Origin: Nitrososphaerota archaeon
Lineage (GTDB): Archaea; Thermoproteota; Nitrososphaeria_A; Caldarchaeales; Calditenuaceae
DNA length: 64,000 nt
Direction of reading: 5' to 3'
NCBI GenBank assembly: GCA_033581555.1
Contig: JAVQSZ010000004.1
Coordinates: 64,001 to 128,000 of the forward strand
Under the pieces are notes generated by a model. The model did no database searches and was not told the DNA's origin. It was given only the letters and a program-made list of their open reading frames with translations. Below, in pieces: positions 1 to 9,936 of the stretch. The translations under genes and the position numbers were made by a program. Within the stretch, counting starts at the first letter, position 1, and every line of letters starts with the position of its first letter.

Positions 1-826
1 GGTTCTCGGGGGTGATGGTGAAGGGCATGTCGTCCGTCGATATCTTCATGTTCCTCCCCCCGATGATCGCGGGGATGTATCCGGCCCTCGCTCCCATCCC
101 CCAGCCCTTGTCTCTCGCGTAGCTGCTCATCATCAGGTTGAAACCGAACCCGGCCGGTATGTACGCGATCGCCGCAGCGAGGACGAACCAGTCCACGTTC
201 CTCGGCAGGTTGACGGTGAAGATGCCCTTACCCACCTCGATCCATGCCGAGGTCGGCGCGGCGATCACCACCGCGGCTGAGATCGTCACGAGCATCAGGA
301 TCACAATGGGCCAGCTCAACAGCTCGAGCGTTCTCTCGATCTTCCTCCCCACGTGCAGCACACCGAGCCCCACGACCATCGCTATCACACCCCAGGTGAG
401 CACTAGGCTCGAGTGCGCTGGGCCCGGGATGGTCCCCAGCTGCAGCGCCACAGCTGCCGTCGCCGACGAGATCGCCCAGGCAGGCCACATGACGGGTATG
501 AACAGCAGGACGGCCCACACCCAGGCCCACGCGAGACCTCCAGGCCAAAGCCTCTGGTAGAACTTATGGACCGGCTGTCCGCAGTAGACGACGGTCTTCA
601 TCGATTCGACCGCGAGCACCGCTTGGAGGACGCAGGAGAAAGCCGCAGCCCACATCAGGTATGGCCCGAACCTCACGACCGCTGCCGGGAAGAGGATCCA
701 CTCGCCAGCGCCGATTGCCAGCGACGTCATGATCACACCGGGTCCTACAGCCCTAAGGTAAGACCACAGACCGGGCCTCGGCGGCTCGGGAAGCTCGATG
801 ACCTCCGATGGCTTTGCGGCCGTCAA
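1..826 (-). CDS. Nramp/YcsG-like divalent-cation or APC-fold transporter, truncated by the window edge
   Basis: Not in the ORF track. Manual translation from TTG at 826 gives ...LRAVGPGVIMTSLAIGAGEWILFP... and later GFNLMMSSYARDKGWGMG; multi-TM. Confidence 0.75.
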   Translation of the reverse strand, partial: MTAAKPSEVIELPEPPRPGLWSYLRAVGPGVIMTSLAIGAGEWILFPAAVVRFGPYLMWAAAFSCVLQAVLAVESMKTVVYCGQPVHKFYQRLWPGGLAWAWVWAVLLFIPVMWPAWAISSATAAVALQLGTIPGPAHSSLVLTWGVIAMVVGLGVLHVGRKIERTLELLSWPIVILMLVTISAAVVIAAPTSAWIEVGKGIFTVNLPRNVDWFVLAAAIAYIPAGFGFNLMMSSYARDKGWGMGARAGYIPAIIGGRNMKISTDDMPFTITPEN

Positions 827-1681
827 GGCGATCAGGCGAATGAGAGCGCAATAATATAACTATGAACGAAGAGGGACGTCGAAGTCGGGGCGACGCGAGG
901 AGACGGTCCTCTCGCGTCTCAGTCTGTCAACCTTGTTTGCCGCCCAGAGTATGGAGACCGTGAAACTCGGGCTCAGCCCCAAAACTCCGACCTCTCGGAT
1001 CTCCGCCCGGCGTGCGCAGAGTCGGTCGTGAGCTCCACTCGCCCACACCAATCCCCTCGATCGCTACCACCAGCTTCACCCACTGCTTGTCGTTCCTCGG
1101 AAGCTCATCCACGATGTCCGGCATCAGCGCGTCGGCAGACCGTCCAGTTCGGGGGCTCGCCCTACGCCCGGATCGAAGGCTATAGACCGTTCTCGGGGAC
1201 CGCCCGCCTTCCCTAAGGCGATGAGTTCCGCCCCCTCCCCCACTGAAAAAAAAAACAGCACTCCGCTAAACCCGTAGTTATTCCAATGGTTTTGACGGAG
1301 ACCGCCGGGCTCGGTCGATTGAGGTCCATTCTAACCATTCAGGTCGAGCCGGTGCCTGGAAATAACTGCGGATGCGGCCCTTAATCTCTCTTTAAGTTTG
1401 ATATTCTTAAAACATCTATAATATTTACCGCGTCGACGTTCTTTCACCAAACAGATATCTTCACCCAAAACGACGCTACTTACATAGTCTTGACCGGTCC
1501 ACCGCCGTATCGGAGGCATTTTAATTAAAAAGTAAGATTACGAGCTCAAACTCTATATATAATGTGACGATGAAACACTACTACAAAACGAGCTCCAACC
1601 AACGGTTCGCACGTGGCGTAAACTCAGTAATTGAATTAAGGCTTTTTACCCGCGGCCCCATTAACGGTCAACGGGAGAGGC

Positions 1682-2394
1682 ATGGCATTTGACTTGAAGC
1701 GGGAGATGCTGAGGCTTCTCGACGAGGACGAGGAGTTCCGGTACGCGGTCGCAGGCCGGATAGGCTTGCTCGAAATACTGAAGCGGCTGGACAAGCTGGA
1801 AGAGGGGCAGCGAAACCTTCTAGAAACCGTCGCTAGGCTCTGGGAGAACCAGAACAAGCTTTGGGAGGAGGTGCGAAGCCTACGAGAAGGCCAGAACAAG
1901 CTCTGGGAGGAGGTTCGAAACCTACGAGAAGACCAGAGAAAACTATGGGAGACCAGAACAGACTATGGGAGGAGGTTCGGGACATCAGGATAAGCCTAAA
2001 CCGGGTTTCGGTCACCCTTGAGAGGCTTACGATAAGCGTCGAAGAGGGGGCGCTCAGCTTCATCAAACACAGGCTGAAGAACGAGCTTGGCATCGACGTA
2101 GAGCTCGACAGGGTTTTCATAGACTCGAAGGAGGTCAACATCTACGGCGCCGTGGACGACCTCTGCGTGGTCGGTGAGGCAGCTGTCAGACTAGGTACAG
2201 CTCTCGTTGACGAAGTCGTGGACAAACTGAATTTGATGAGGGCGAAGAGACCCGACCTGCTGAGGAAGAGGGTTGTCAAGGTGATTTACACAGATTACGC
2301 GACCCCGGATGCTTTGAAGCGTGCTGCTGAAAACAACGTCTGGGTCCTCAAATGGAGCGGCGACCTAACACCGCTCAAAATCGAGCAAGCCTAA
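1682..2394 (+). pseudogene. Archaeal heptad-repeat coiled-coil protein with PD-(D/E)XK-like C-terminus (DUF3782/paREP-like), split by a 1-nt frameshift near 1952
   Basis: N-terminus LKREMLRLLDEDEEFRYAVAG and LWEEVRxLRExQ repeats lie in ORF 1682-1993; the C-terminal domain lies in ORF 1861-2394. TGGGAGACCAGAAC at 1946 is one base shorter than TGGGAGAACCAGAAC at 1841. Confidence 0.75.
1838..1980 (+). repeat. Coding 21/42-bp imperfect tandem repeat
   Basis: CCAGAACAAGCTYTGGGAGGAGGTKCGAARCCTACGAGAAG occurs twice, plus partial copies. Confidence 0.85.
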
Positions 2395-2536
2395 GGCCTA
2401 TCTCGAACACTCGACGCGTCGGTCGACGATGTGAATTCGTAGTTCTACTGTCCATATTCCCCGCTTTCAATTCCCTGATATAAATAATCAGGTATTGCTT
2501 GCAACAAAAAATAATTAGGGCTTCATCAACGATAAA

Positions 2537-2760
2537 ATGATGACTGAAACTAAGAGGGTGATAAGTAAACAAGGTTATATCGCGTTAGGAATTGTCAGTG
2601 CTGTGGTTTCATTATTTTTGTTTCCGCCATTTTCCGGCGGTATTTCAATACTTTGTGGCATACAGCTCTTCAAAAAATATGACGAAGGGTTGGGTTTGGC
2701 AATAATAATATATGTCTTACCATAGGAGCTATCCTAGGAATGATTACATGGAGCACTTAA
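2537..2760 (+). pseudogene. Small AT-rich membrane protein with probable frameshift near 2705-2712
   Basis: Hydrophobic ORF 2537-2725. A hydrophobic continuation ICLTIGAILGMITWST* lies in another frame after the ATAATAATATAT run. Confidence 0.5.
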
Positions 2761-2976
2761 AATGGACTCCTCATAGCTTCAACTACTGGCTGTCGCGGCA
2801 CATCCGCCCGACCAGCTCCTCACCCGCTCAGCAGCAACCCACGGAACCGGCGCACCATCAGCACTCTCAGCGACCTCAAACCCCAACGCGATAAGTCTCT
2901 TTCACCGGACCAGGAATAGGCGCCAGCCAATCCAAACCAGCTGGGAGCACTTCGAAGTTTCACCGTATGTTTTGTG

Positions 2977-2992
2977 TGAAAACCCTTAAATC
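2977..2992 (+). promoter_or_regulatory. BRE/TATA promoter of tes (leaderless)
   Basis: GAAAACCCTTAAAT about 26 nt upstream of ATG 3017. Confidence 0.55.
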
Positions 2993-3016
2993 ACGTTCGG
3001 GGCCCGATCGGCCGAG

Positions 3017-4654
3017 ATGGCGGTCACGATCGAGGAGGTCAGGCAAGAGCTGAAGCGGAAGGTCGTGACGACGACCAGGAGCGTCTGCCCGGAGTGCAAC
3101 AGGATCCTGCCGGCCGAGGTCTTCGAGGAGGACAACAGGATCTACATCCGGAAGGTCTGCCCGGTCCACGGCGAGTTCGACGAGCTCTACTTCGGGGACG
3201 CCAAGATGTACTACAAGTTCGCGAAGTGGCTGAAGGACGGCAAGGGGACGGGGAACCCCGACGTCGAGATGCCGAGGTGCGCCTGTCCCGCGAACTGCGG
3301 CCTCTGCAGCAGCCACCTGAGCCACACCGGCCTCGCGAACCTCGTGATCACGAACCGCTGTGATCTCCACTGCTGGTACTGCTTCTTCTACGCCGAGAAG
3401 GCCGGCTACATCTACGAGCCGACCCTCGAGCAGATCAGGGAGATGGCCCTGAACTTGAGGGCCGAGAGGCCCGTCCCGGGCAACTCGATCCAGATCACGG
3501 GTGGCGAGCCTACCCTCAGGGACGACCTCCCAGAGATCGTGAGGATACTGAAGCAGGTCGGCGTGGACCACATCCAGCTCAACACCAACGGCATAAGGCT
3601 CAGCAAGGACTTCGAGTACTTCAAGAGGCTGAAGGAGGCCGGGATCAGCAACCTCTACCTCAGCTTCGACGGCGTCACGCCAAGGACTAACCCGAAGAAC
3701 CACTGGGAGGTGCCAGGCGTCCTCGAGAACGCGAGGAAGCTCGGGATCGGAGTCGTACTGGTGCCCACGGTGATCAAGAGCGTCAACGACCAGGAGCTAG
3801 GCGACATCGTGCGATTCGGGTTCGCGAACATCGACGTCGTCAGGGCGGTCAACTTCCAACCCGTCAGCCTCACGGGCAGGATGCCGAAGAAGGAGCGTGA
3901 GAAGTACAGGATCACGATCCCCGACTGCATCGCGAGGATCGAGGATCAGACAAACGGCGAGATCCCGAGGGATGCATGGTTCCCCGTTCCAGCCTGCACA
4001 CCTCTCACAGGCTTCTTGGAGGCCCTGACGAGAAGGGCCCACTACGAGCTGAGCATTCACTTCGTCTGTGGCGCCGGCACCTACGTCTTCAAGGACGGCG
4101 ACCGGATGGTCCCGCTGACCGCCTTCGTCGACGTCGAGGGCCTGATCAAGTACCTCCAGGACAAGGCGGAGGAGATCGAGGCCGGCCGTAACAGGGCCTG
4201 GGTCGGGCTGAAGGTCCTCTGGAACATCGGGAAGTTCATCAACGAGAGGAGGCAGCCGGCGGGCATGAACCTCAAGAGGATGCTCTTCGACATCTTGGTC
4301 AAGCACGACTACAAGAGCGTCGGCGACTGGCACAGGAGGTCTCTCTTCCTAGGGATGATGCACTTCCAGGACAAGTACAATCACGACGAGGAGCGGCTCA
4401 GGCGGTGCGACATTCACTACCTCACTCCCGACAACAGGATCATCCCGTTCTGCGCCTTCAACGTCATCCCGGAGTGGTACAGGGACAGGATCCAGTCGGT
4501 CTATGGCGTCTCGATCGAGGAGTGGGAGAGGAGGACGGGAAGGAAGCTCTCGGACGACTTCTACAAGAGGAAGCTCCCGGTGAAGCAGGCCGCGGTGCCA
4601 ATGGCCTCGACGAAGACCGCCGGCTTCGGCGGACTGGTCCAGGAGACTGCCTGA
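3017..4654 (+). CDS. tes: Tetraether lipid synthase (radical SAM, Tes/GDGT-MAS)
   Basis: N-terminal CPEC...CPVHG rubredoxin-like site, CPANCGLCSSH cluster, CDLHCWYC radical SAM motif, C-terminal FVCG...RCDIHY...IPFCAFN. Confidence 0.9.
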   Translation: MAVTIEEVRQELKRKVVTTTRSVCPECNRILPAEVFEEDNRIYIRKVCPVHGEFDELYFGDAKMYYKFAKWLKDGKGTGNPDVEMPRCACPANCGLCSSHLSHTGLANLVITNRCDLHCWYCFFYAEKAGYIYEPTLEQIREMALNLRAERPVPGNSIQITGGEPTLRDDLPEIVRILKQVGVDHIQLNTNGIRLSKDFEYFKRLKEAGISNLYLSFDGVTPRTNPKNHWEVPGVLENARKLGIGVVLVPTVIKSVNDQELGDIVRFGFANIDVVRAVNFQPVSLTGRMPKKEREKYRITIPDCIARIEDQTNGEIPRDAWFPVPACTPLTGFLEALTRRAHYELSIHFVCGAGTYVFKDGDRMVPLTAFVDVEGLIKYLQDKAEEIEAGRNRAWVGLKVLWNIGKFINERRQPAGMNLKRMLFDILVKHDYKSVGDWHRRSLFLGMMHFQDKYNHDEERLRRCDIHYLTPDNRIIPFCAFNVIPEWYRDRIQSVYGVSIEEWERRTGRKLSDDFYKRKLPVKQAAVPMASTKTAGFGGLVQETA

Positions 4655-4839
4655 GTTCAGAACCGGTATTTCTCAGCCGCTTTAACGCATCCTCTGACCC
4701 TTCTGCGTAGCCTATAAAGACCCTTGTCACCCCAGTTGACGCGGACGTAGATAACGATCACCGTGTAAGCGAGCGTGGTAAGGCATGCGTGACCGCGCCA
4801 AAAAGATCGAGGGGTGCCATAAGCGGGTTTCGCGCTTTT

Positions 4840-6216
4840 TCAGCGTACGCTGGAGTATAGAACATGACCCGGGTCGAGAGCGTCCTTTATCTTAGAGAGG
4901 ATGGTCAGCGCCGGTCCCGGATCACTTTCAAGCCATCTCCTCCTCAACTGTCCGACGCCGTGGTGATGGCTTATCGTCGCACCGACCTCCAGCGCCGTTT
5001 CGAAAGCCGTCTCCACAATCTTCCAGTATAAGTCTGGATCCTTCTCGTACACGACGGTGAAGTATAGTGCGCCTCCGTTCGCGTAAAAGTGCGAGGCGTG
5101 AGCCAGGACTCCAGCGACTCCGGGAAGCTTACTGATCCTGCTCCGAATCGCCTCGTGGAGACCCGGGAGCTTGGACCACGTAGACGCGACGTCTATGGTC
5201 TCGAACCACAAGCCCATAGAGTCCAGGAGCTTAATTTCATTCAGGTAGTCGAACCTAGACTTGAGCCATGAGTCGTAGGGCCCGTCGCCCACGAAGTAGC
5301 CGCCCAGTTCCTCGACCCTCTTTCTGACCTTCTCCCACGTGGCCGTCACGAGCTCATGTTCGTAACCCTCGTAACCCAAAAGCAGCACCGATTTACTCGA
5401 ACCGAACCTCATTGCCGATTCGGCCTCGTCGGACAACCGGGCCAACGATGGCTTCATCCCCCTGATCATCAGCTCCTTCACGATCTTCAGGCCTCCGCTG
5501 AAGCTCGGCGTCTCAAAGGCTGCCTTGACCGAGTGCTTGGGCACCGGGAGCACCCTCAGCGTTGCCTTGGTGATCACGCCGAAGGCACCCTCGGATCCGA
5601 CGAAGAGGTGAACGAGGTTAGGGCCCATGGACGACCGAGGAGTTAGCACGTTCCTGGTCCACAGGATGTCCCCAGTGGGCGTCACGACCTCGAGGTTCAG
5701 GACCAGGTCCTCGACGTTGCCGTAACCCGTGCTGTACTGGCCTGAGCTCATCGACGCTATGCAACCGCCCACGGAAGCCAGGTGGAAAGACTGGGGCACG
5801 TGCCTCAGGGTGTACCCCCGTCCCATGAGCCAGTCTTCGAGGTCGCAGAGCAGGACGCCCGCCTCGGCCGTGACCGTTAGGTCCTCCTCGCTGAAGTCGA
5901 TCACCCTGTTCATCCTGCTCAAGCTCAGCACCACGCAGTCGTCCGAAGGGGCGGAGGCCCCCGTGACGCTCGAGCCGCCTCCGTGCACGACGACGCGGAC
6001 TCGGTGCTCGTTGGCCTTCCTGAGCACGTAAGAGACCTCCTCGGCGCTCTCGACGAATATCACGGCCCTAGGTTTGAACTTCCACGAGCCCAGCTTCTCC
6101 AGCAGCATCGCCAGAGGCCACCAGTCCCTCGAGTACTTGCTGGTCACCTCCGCGTCAGTTCTGACGTCGTCGCCCAAGGACCAGCTCACGTCCCTGATGA
6201 ACTCCTCTAGGCCCAT
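4840..6216 (-). CDS. Alkyl-dihydroxyacetonephosphate synthase-like FAD-linked oxidase (VAO/PCMH family)
   Basis: GGGSSVTG, HVPQSF..ASVGG, SGQYSTGYGNVED, GSEGAFGVIT, and ADPS-type ISHHHGVG. Start reassigned to MGLEEF. Confidence 0.8.
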   Translation of the reverse strand: MGLEEFIRDVSWSLGDDVRTDAEVTSKYSRDWWPLAMLLEKLGSWKFKPRAVIFVESAEEVSYVLRKANEHRVRVVVHGGGSSVTGASAPSDDCVVLSLSRMNRVIDFSEEDLTVTAEAGVLLCDLEDWLMGRGYTLRHVPQSFHLASVGGCIASMSSGQYSTGYGNVEDLVLNLEVVTPTGDILWTRNVLTPRSSMGPNLVHLFVGSEGAFGVITKATLRVLPVPKHSVKAAFETPSFSGGLKIVKELMIRGMKPSLARLSDEAESAMRFGSSKSVLLLGYEGYEHELVTATWEKVRKRVEELGGYFVGDGPYDSWLKSRFDYLNEIKLLDSMGLWFETIDVASTWSKLPGLHEAIRSRISKLPGVAGVLAHASHFYANGGALYFTVVYEKDPDLYWKIVETAFETALEVGATISHHHGVGQLRRRWLESDPGPALTILSKIKDALDPGHVLYSSVR

Positions 6217-7598
6217 CTCAATGCCCTCCTCCAGGCGTCCACGTCGACTACGACCTCCAGTTCGCCGGGCTCGACGACCAGGTCGACGTCGACCCTCTCC
6301 TCCAGGTCCCGCATGGATATCCTGCCGTCGTACAGCGCCAGCAGCATGGCCACGCCTCTGCTCGAGGCGTCCGCTCCCCTCACCCTCTCGATCCTGCGGC
6401 CGCACGCCGTCGAGAGCAGCTTGAGGTAGCAGGTGCTGTTGCTGAGGCCACCGTCGACCCGTATCACGCTTCGTCTCCCAGCAACCTCCTCGACGGCTTC
6501 TACGATACTGTGAGCAGCCAGTACGAGGCCCTCCAAAACCCCTCTGACCAAGTCGCTCCTAGTGTGTGCCAGCGATAGTCCGTAGAGCAGTCCCGTGCAT
6601 CCCCTCCTCCTGGGGAACCTGGTCTCGGTAAGCGATGGCACGAAAACCGCCGAGTGCTTAGCCTCCGTGACAGCCTTGTCGAGAGCCTCCACTTCGTCGA
6701 GAAGACCGATCCTGCAGAGCCACTCCACCGTCGATCCACCTGCAGAAGTGTATCCCTCGATGGCGTAGGCCCTGCGACCGCCGATGTTGTAGACCACCAG
6801 CGGTATGAGCTCGCCACGCGGAATCGTGAAGTCGGATACCGACGCATCCACGAACGTCCCGGTGCCGCAGGTGATCTTCAGGCAGTCTCTCCCAAGACAC
6901 GAAGAGCCTATGATCGCGGACTGCTGGTCGGCTATCAGGGCAGCGAAGTCGACTCCGTCCATCGACCCGATGTGGCTGCAGTTGTCCACGATTTCGGGGC
7001 TCACCGACTCAGGTATGCCCAGCAGGTTGTAGACGATCTCGAGCCTCTTCGCCGTCTTGGGGTGAATGAGGCCTGTAAGGGCCTCGTTGGAGAGATCGTT
7101 GACGTACCTGTTCGAGGCGACGTAGGCGACGTAAGAGCTCAGCGTTCCGACGAACGCCTCCCCCTTCGAGACCATCTCCCTGAGCGCGGAGTCGTTCTCA
7201 AGGAGCCACTTGATCCTGACCGCGGGGCTGTCCGGCCGTATCACCTTTCCCAGCACGGGGACGAGCCTGAGCGCCCTGTATACCGGCCGTGAGGTTATCG
7301 CCCTGCCTCTGGCGTCGAGCCACGTGATCACGTCGGTCAGGGGCCGTCCGCCCTTGTCCCACGCCAGCACCGAGCCTCTGTAGGTGGTTATGCCGGCCAG
7401 CCTGACGCCGAGTTCCTTAAGCCTCCTCGCGAACCCCAGGAACGTCTCCCTTATCGCGGTCGCGCTCTGCTCGACGTGACCCTCAGCGGTCCTCCGGAGG
7501 GGCACGCTAACCCCCTCCTTGAGGACGCAGTTCAGCTCATCGTCGTAGACGCTCAGCTTGATGCTGCTGCTCCCTACGTCGACGACGCCGTACTTCAT
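6207..7598 (-). CDS. FGGY-family kinase (glycerol kinase-like)
   Basis: VDVGSSSIK, ITWLDAR, ADQQSA, KITCGTGTF, VDGGLS. Start reassigned to MKYG. Confidence 0.85.
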   Translation of the reverse strand: MKYGVVDVGSSSIKLSVYDDELNCVLKEGVSVPLRRTAEGHVEQSATAIRETFLGFARRLKELGVRLAGITTYRGSVLAWDKGGRPLTDVITWLDARGRAITSRPVYRALRLVPVLGKVIRPDSPAVRIKWLLENDSALREMVSKGEAFVGTLSSYVAYVASNRYVNDLSNEALTGLIHPKTAKRLEIVYNLLGIPESVSPEIVDNCSHIGSMDGVDFAALIADQQSAIIGSSCLGRDCLKITCGTGTFVDASVSDFTIPRGELIPLVVYNIGGRRAYAIEGYTSAGGSTVEWLCRIGLLDEVEALDKAVTEAKHSAVFVPSLTETRFPRRRGCTGLLYGLSLAHTRSDLVRGVLEGLVLAAHSIVEAVEEVAGRRSVIRVDGGLSNSTCYLKLLSTACGRRIERVRGADASSRGVAMLLALYDGRISMRDLEERVDVDLVVEPGELEVVVDVDAWRRALRWA

Positions 7599-8545
7599 CC
7601 CGCGAATACCTCCACGCGCTCGACGTCGCCAGTAACGTCGATCACCGCGTAACCCTCTCTCAGCTCGTACGTCTTTCCCTCGATCAGAGCTCTGGATCCC
7701 CTGTGACCTATCACGAGGAACCTCCTGAGGCATTCGCAGACGGTATGGGGGAAGACTCTCAGGTTCCCCCTCGCGATCACCTTCACGGTCTTCCCGCACT
7801 CGCAGGACATCCTGTCCGCCATCATCTCAGAGGCCTTCACCAGGACCTTCGGGTCGTAGACGTCAATTGCCGCGTGTCCTGCCGCGGGGAACTCCGGGAA
7901 CGGGTTCCAGGGTTCGAACATCGCTATCACGAGCGTGTCGACATCGAGGGCCTCTCCGTTGACGTACACGGACGAAAGTCTGCCGCGCCCCCTGACCCGC
8001 TCGACCCTGCCCCTCAGAACCGAGACGTCGTCGGGGACCATCGACTCGAGGTCGTCTCCTGATGGGCCGGAGGGGTCCACTATGACGACCCTTCTGGTGC
8101 GCTCCAGAAGCTTCACGGCGAGCAGCGCGCTGTACCTGTTTAGGCCGTATAGGACCACGTGTCTGCCCGGCAAGAGCCCCTCCATGAGGAGGTCTAAGAC
8201 CGCGTGGTAGGGGTACACGCCGGAGGGCCTGTCTCCGAGGATTCCTAGCTCGAGGGGCGTAAGGACTCTGAAGCCTGTGGCCACCACGCAGCCCTTCAGG
8301 CCTTCGACCCCGTCGCTCGAGACGGCCACCAGTTCGGATCCGACCCTCACGGCGGTCTTCTCGGTTTCCACCTTGACCTCCCGCGAGAGCTCGTCCACGA
8401 CGCTCATGGCCTCGGGGTCGATCACGGAGATGCCGCCCAGCTGGCGCCTCGTCTCGATGACCCTCGCGTCGATCCCCCTGTCGAGCAGATGTTTGGAGAG
8501 CGAGAGCCCGGCCAGCCCAGCCCCTATGACCGTTCTACCAGCCAT
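7595..8545 (-). CDS. NAD(P)/FAD-dependent oxidoreductase, partner of GlpA-like dehydrogenase
   Basis: GAGLAG Rossmann motif, ATGFR..GDRPSGVY, C-terminal CEC..CEC. Confidence 0.75.
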   Translation of the reverse strand: MAGRTVIGAGLAGLSLSKHLLDRGIDARVIETRRQLGGISVIDPEAMSVVDELSREVKVETEKTAVRVGSELVAVSSDGVEGLKGCVVATGFRVLTPLELGILGDRPSGVYPYHAVLDLLMEGLLPGRHVVLYGLNRYSALLAVKLLERTRRVVIVDPSGPSGDDLESMVPDDVSVLRGRVERVRGRGRLSSVYVNGEALDVDTLVIAMFEPWNPFPEFPAAGHAAIDVYDPKVLVKASEMMADRMSCECGKTVKVIARGNLRVFPHTVCECLRRFLVIGHRGSRALIEGKTYELREGYAVIDVTGDVERVEVFAG

Positions 8546-9936
8546 GAGCCCTCACCCCCCTTGACGAAGACTTCGGGTCTCAGACCAGTAAACCTGAACA
8601 CCTCGACTATCGCCCTGCCCAAGCAGTGCTGACCCTGACAGGACCCCATGCCTAGTCTTGTCCTGAACATGACGCCATCGAGCGTCTTAGAGCCTGCCCT
8701 GATCGCGTCCTCGATGTCAGCCGAGCTGACGGCCATGCAGGGACAGACGACGGTGCCTCTCGGGCCCTTGACCGCGAGCGGGTCGATCTGAAGGAGCTCC
8801 CGGGTCCTATGCGCGAAGTCGGGATTCCTGAGGCCGCTCTTCGGCTTGAGATCCAATCCGGCCCTCTTGAGCATGTCCAGCACTGTCACGGCGATGGCCG
8901 GTGCTGCCGTGAGCCCCGGCGACTCCACGCCCACCAGGTTCACGACCCTGAAGGTCTTCGGGGAATAGGCGATGACGAAGTCGCCGCGGACGTGTGAGGG
9001 CCTCACGCCGGCGTACGCCTTGAGGGGTCTGCCCTTGGTCCTGACGAGCCCGCCGAACCTCGCCACGAGCACCTCGACGTCCTCAGGATAGACTCCCTTG
9101 TCGTCCCTCGAGCCCCCTCTGACCAGGTTAGGGCCCCAGATGGTGTTGCCCCAGACCGTTGGGATTATGCCGCCGCCCTTGGTCTCACCTCCGCGGACCA
9201 GCTGGAGGGGCGCAACGACGCTCCTCACTTGAAGCCCGTCGAAGACCAGCATCGCCCCCCTCTTCGCGACTAGGGACTCCTTCGCTCCGCTGAGGTTCGC
9301 TATCCTGTCGGACTCTAAACCGGCAGCGTTGACGAGGAACTTCGACTTTATTGGACCTCGGTTGGTCCATAAGACAATATAATTCGGCTCGACTTCTATT
9401 CCTTCGACTTTGGTGTTGAAACGGAACTTCACACCACGAAACCTCGAGACGTCGTGCAGCTTGTACACTAGATCGAAGGAATCGATGACGCCGTAGCCAG
9501 CTATCCTGATAGCCGCATAACCAATCACGTTGGGCTCCATGGCCCTCAGCTCCGTACAGTTCACAACCGATACGTCGAAACCCTTGGTTCCGTAGTAGAG
9601 CCTCAGGACCGCGTAGACGAGCGGCAAGAGGAGGAGCTGCCCTAACGAGCGAGCTACCAGAAGCGCCGGAAGGCGCCAGAGTTTCACCTTCAGATCCGCG
9701 GCCACCGCGTCGTACATCCTGTTGCCCCGCAGAGCTAGCGCGCTCTTCACGGACTTAAGGGGTAGCTGGACGACGTGCAAAACGCCCGCGTGTCCCTTTG
9801 AAACACCGAAACCCGGCTCTGCCTCGCTCTCTACCACTACGACATCGACCTCGTATTTCGATAACTCATAAGCAACGAAAAGCCCCACAACGCCGGCGCC
9901 GATTATCGCGACGTCGTGAGCCCTGTTACCCTCCAT
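8524..9936 (-). CDS. FAD-dependent glycerol-3-phosphate dehydrogenase-like protein (GlpA/LhgO family) with BFD [2Fe-2S] domain
   Basis: IIGAGVVG, AGVRP, ESPGLTAAPAIA, VCPC...RTRLGMGSCQGQHC. Confidence 0.8.
   Translation of the reverse strand: MEGNRAHDVAIIGAGVVGLFVAYELSKYEVDVVVVESEAEPGFGVSKGHAGVLHVVQLPLKSVKSALALRGNRMYDAVAADLKVKLWRLPALLVARSLGQLLLLPLVYAVLRLYYGTKGFDVSVVNCTELRAMEPNVIGYAAIRIAGYGVIDSFDLVYKLHDVSRFRGVKFRFNTKVEGIEVEPNYIVLWTNRGPIKSKFLVNAAGLESDRIANLSGAKESLVAKRGAMLVFDGLQVRSVVAPLQLVRGGETKGGGIIPTVWGNTIWGPNLVRGGSRDDKGVYPEDVEVLVARFGGLVRTKGRPLKAYAGVRPSHVRGDFVIAYSPKTFRVVNLVGVESPGLTAAPAIAVTVLDMLKRAGLDLKPKSGLRNPDFAHRTRELLQIDPLAVKGPRGTVVCPCMAVSSADIEDAIRAGSKTLDGVMFRTRLGMGSCQGQHCLGRAIVEVFRFTGLRPEVFVKGGEGSWLVERS

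Noticed and set aside
860-1240. Short minus-strand ORFs and a hairpin at about 892-918
   Set aside because: Possibly a gene remnant, but no recognisable family motif.
1838-1980. Direct repeats as a CRISPR array
   Set aside because: No unique spacers, the units encode heptads, and no cas genes are present.
4711-4800. TATA-like CCTATAAAG followed by a CGCGG/CCGCG-bounded segment between convergent genes
   Set aside because: Only a 5-bp stem and no box motifs; insufficient for an ncRNA call.
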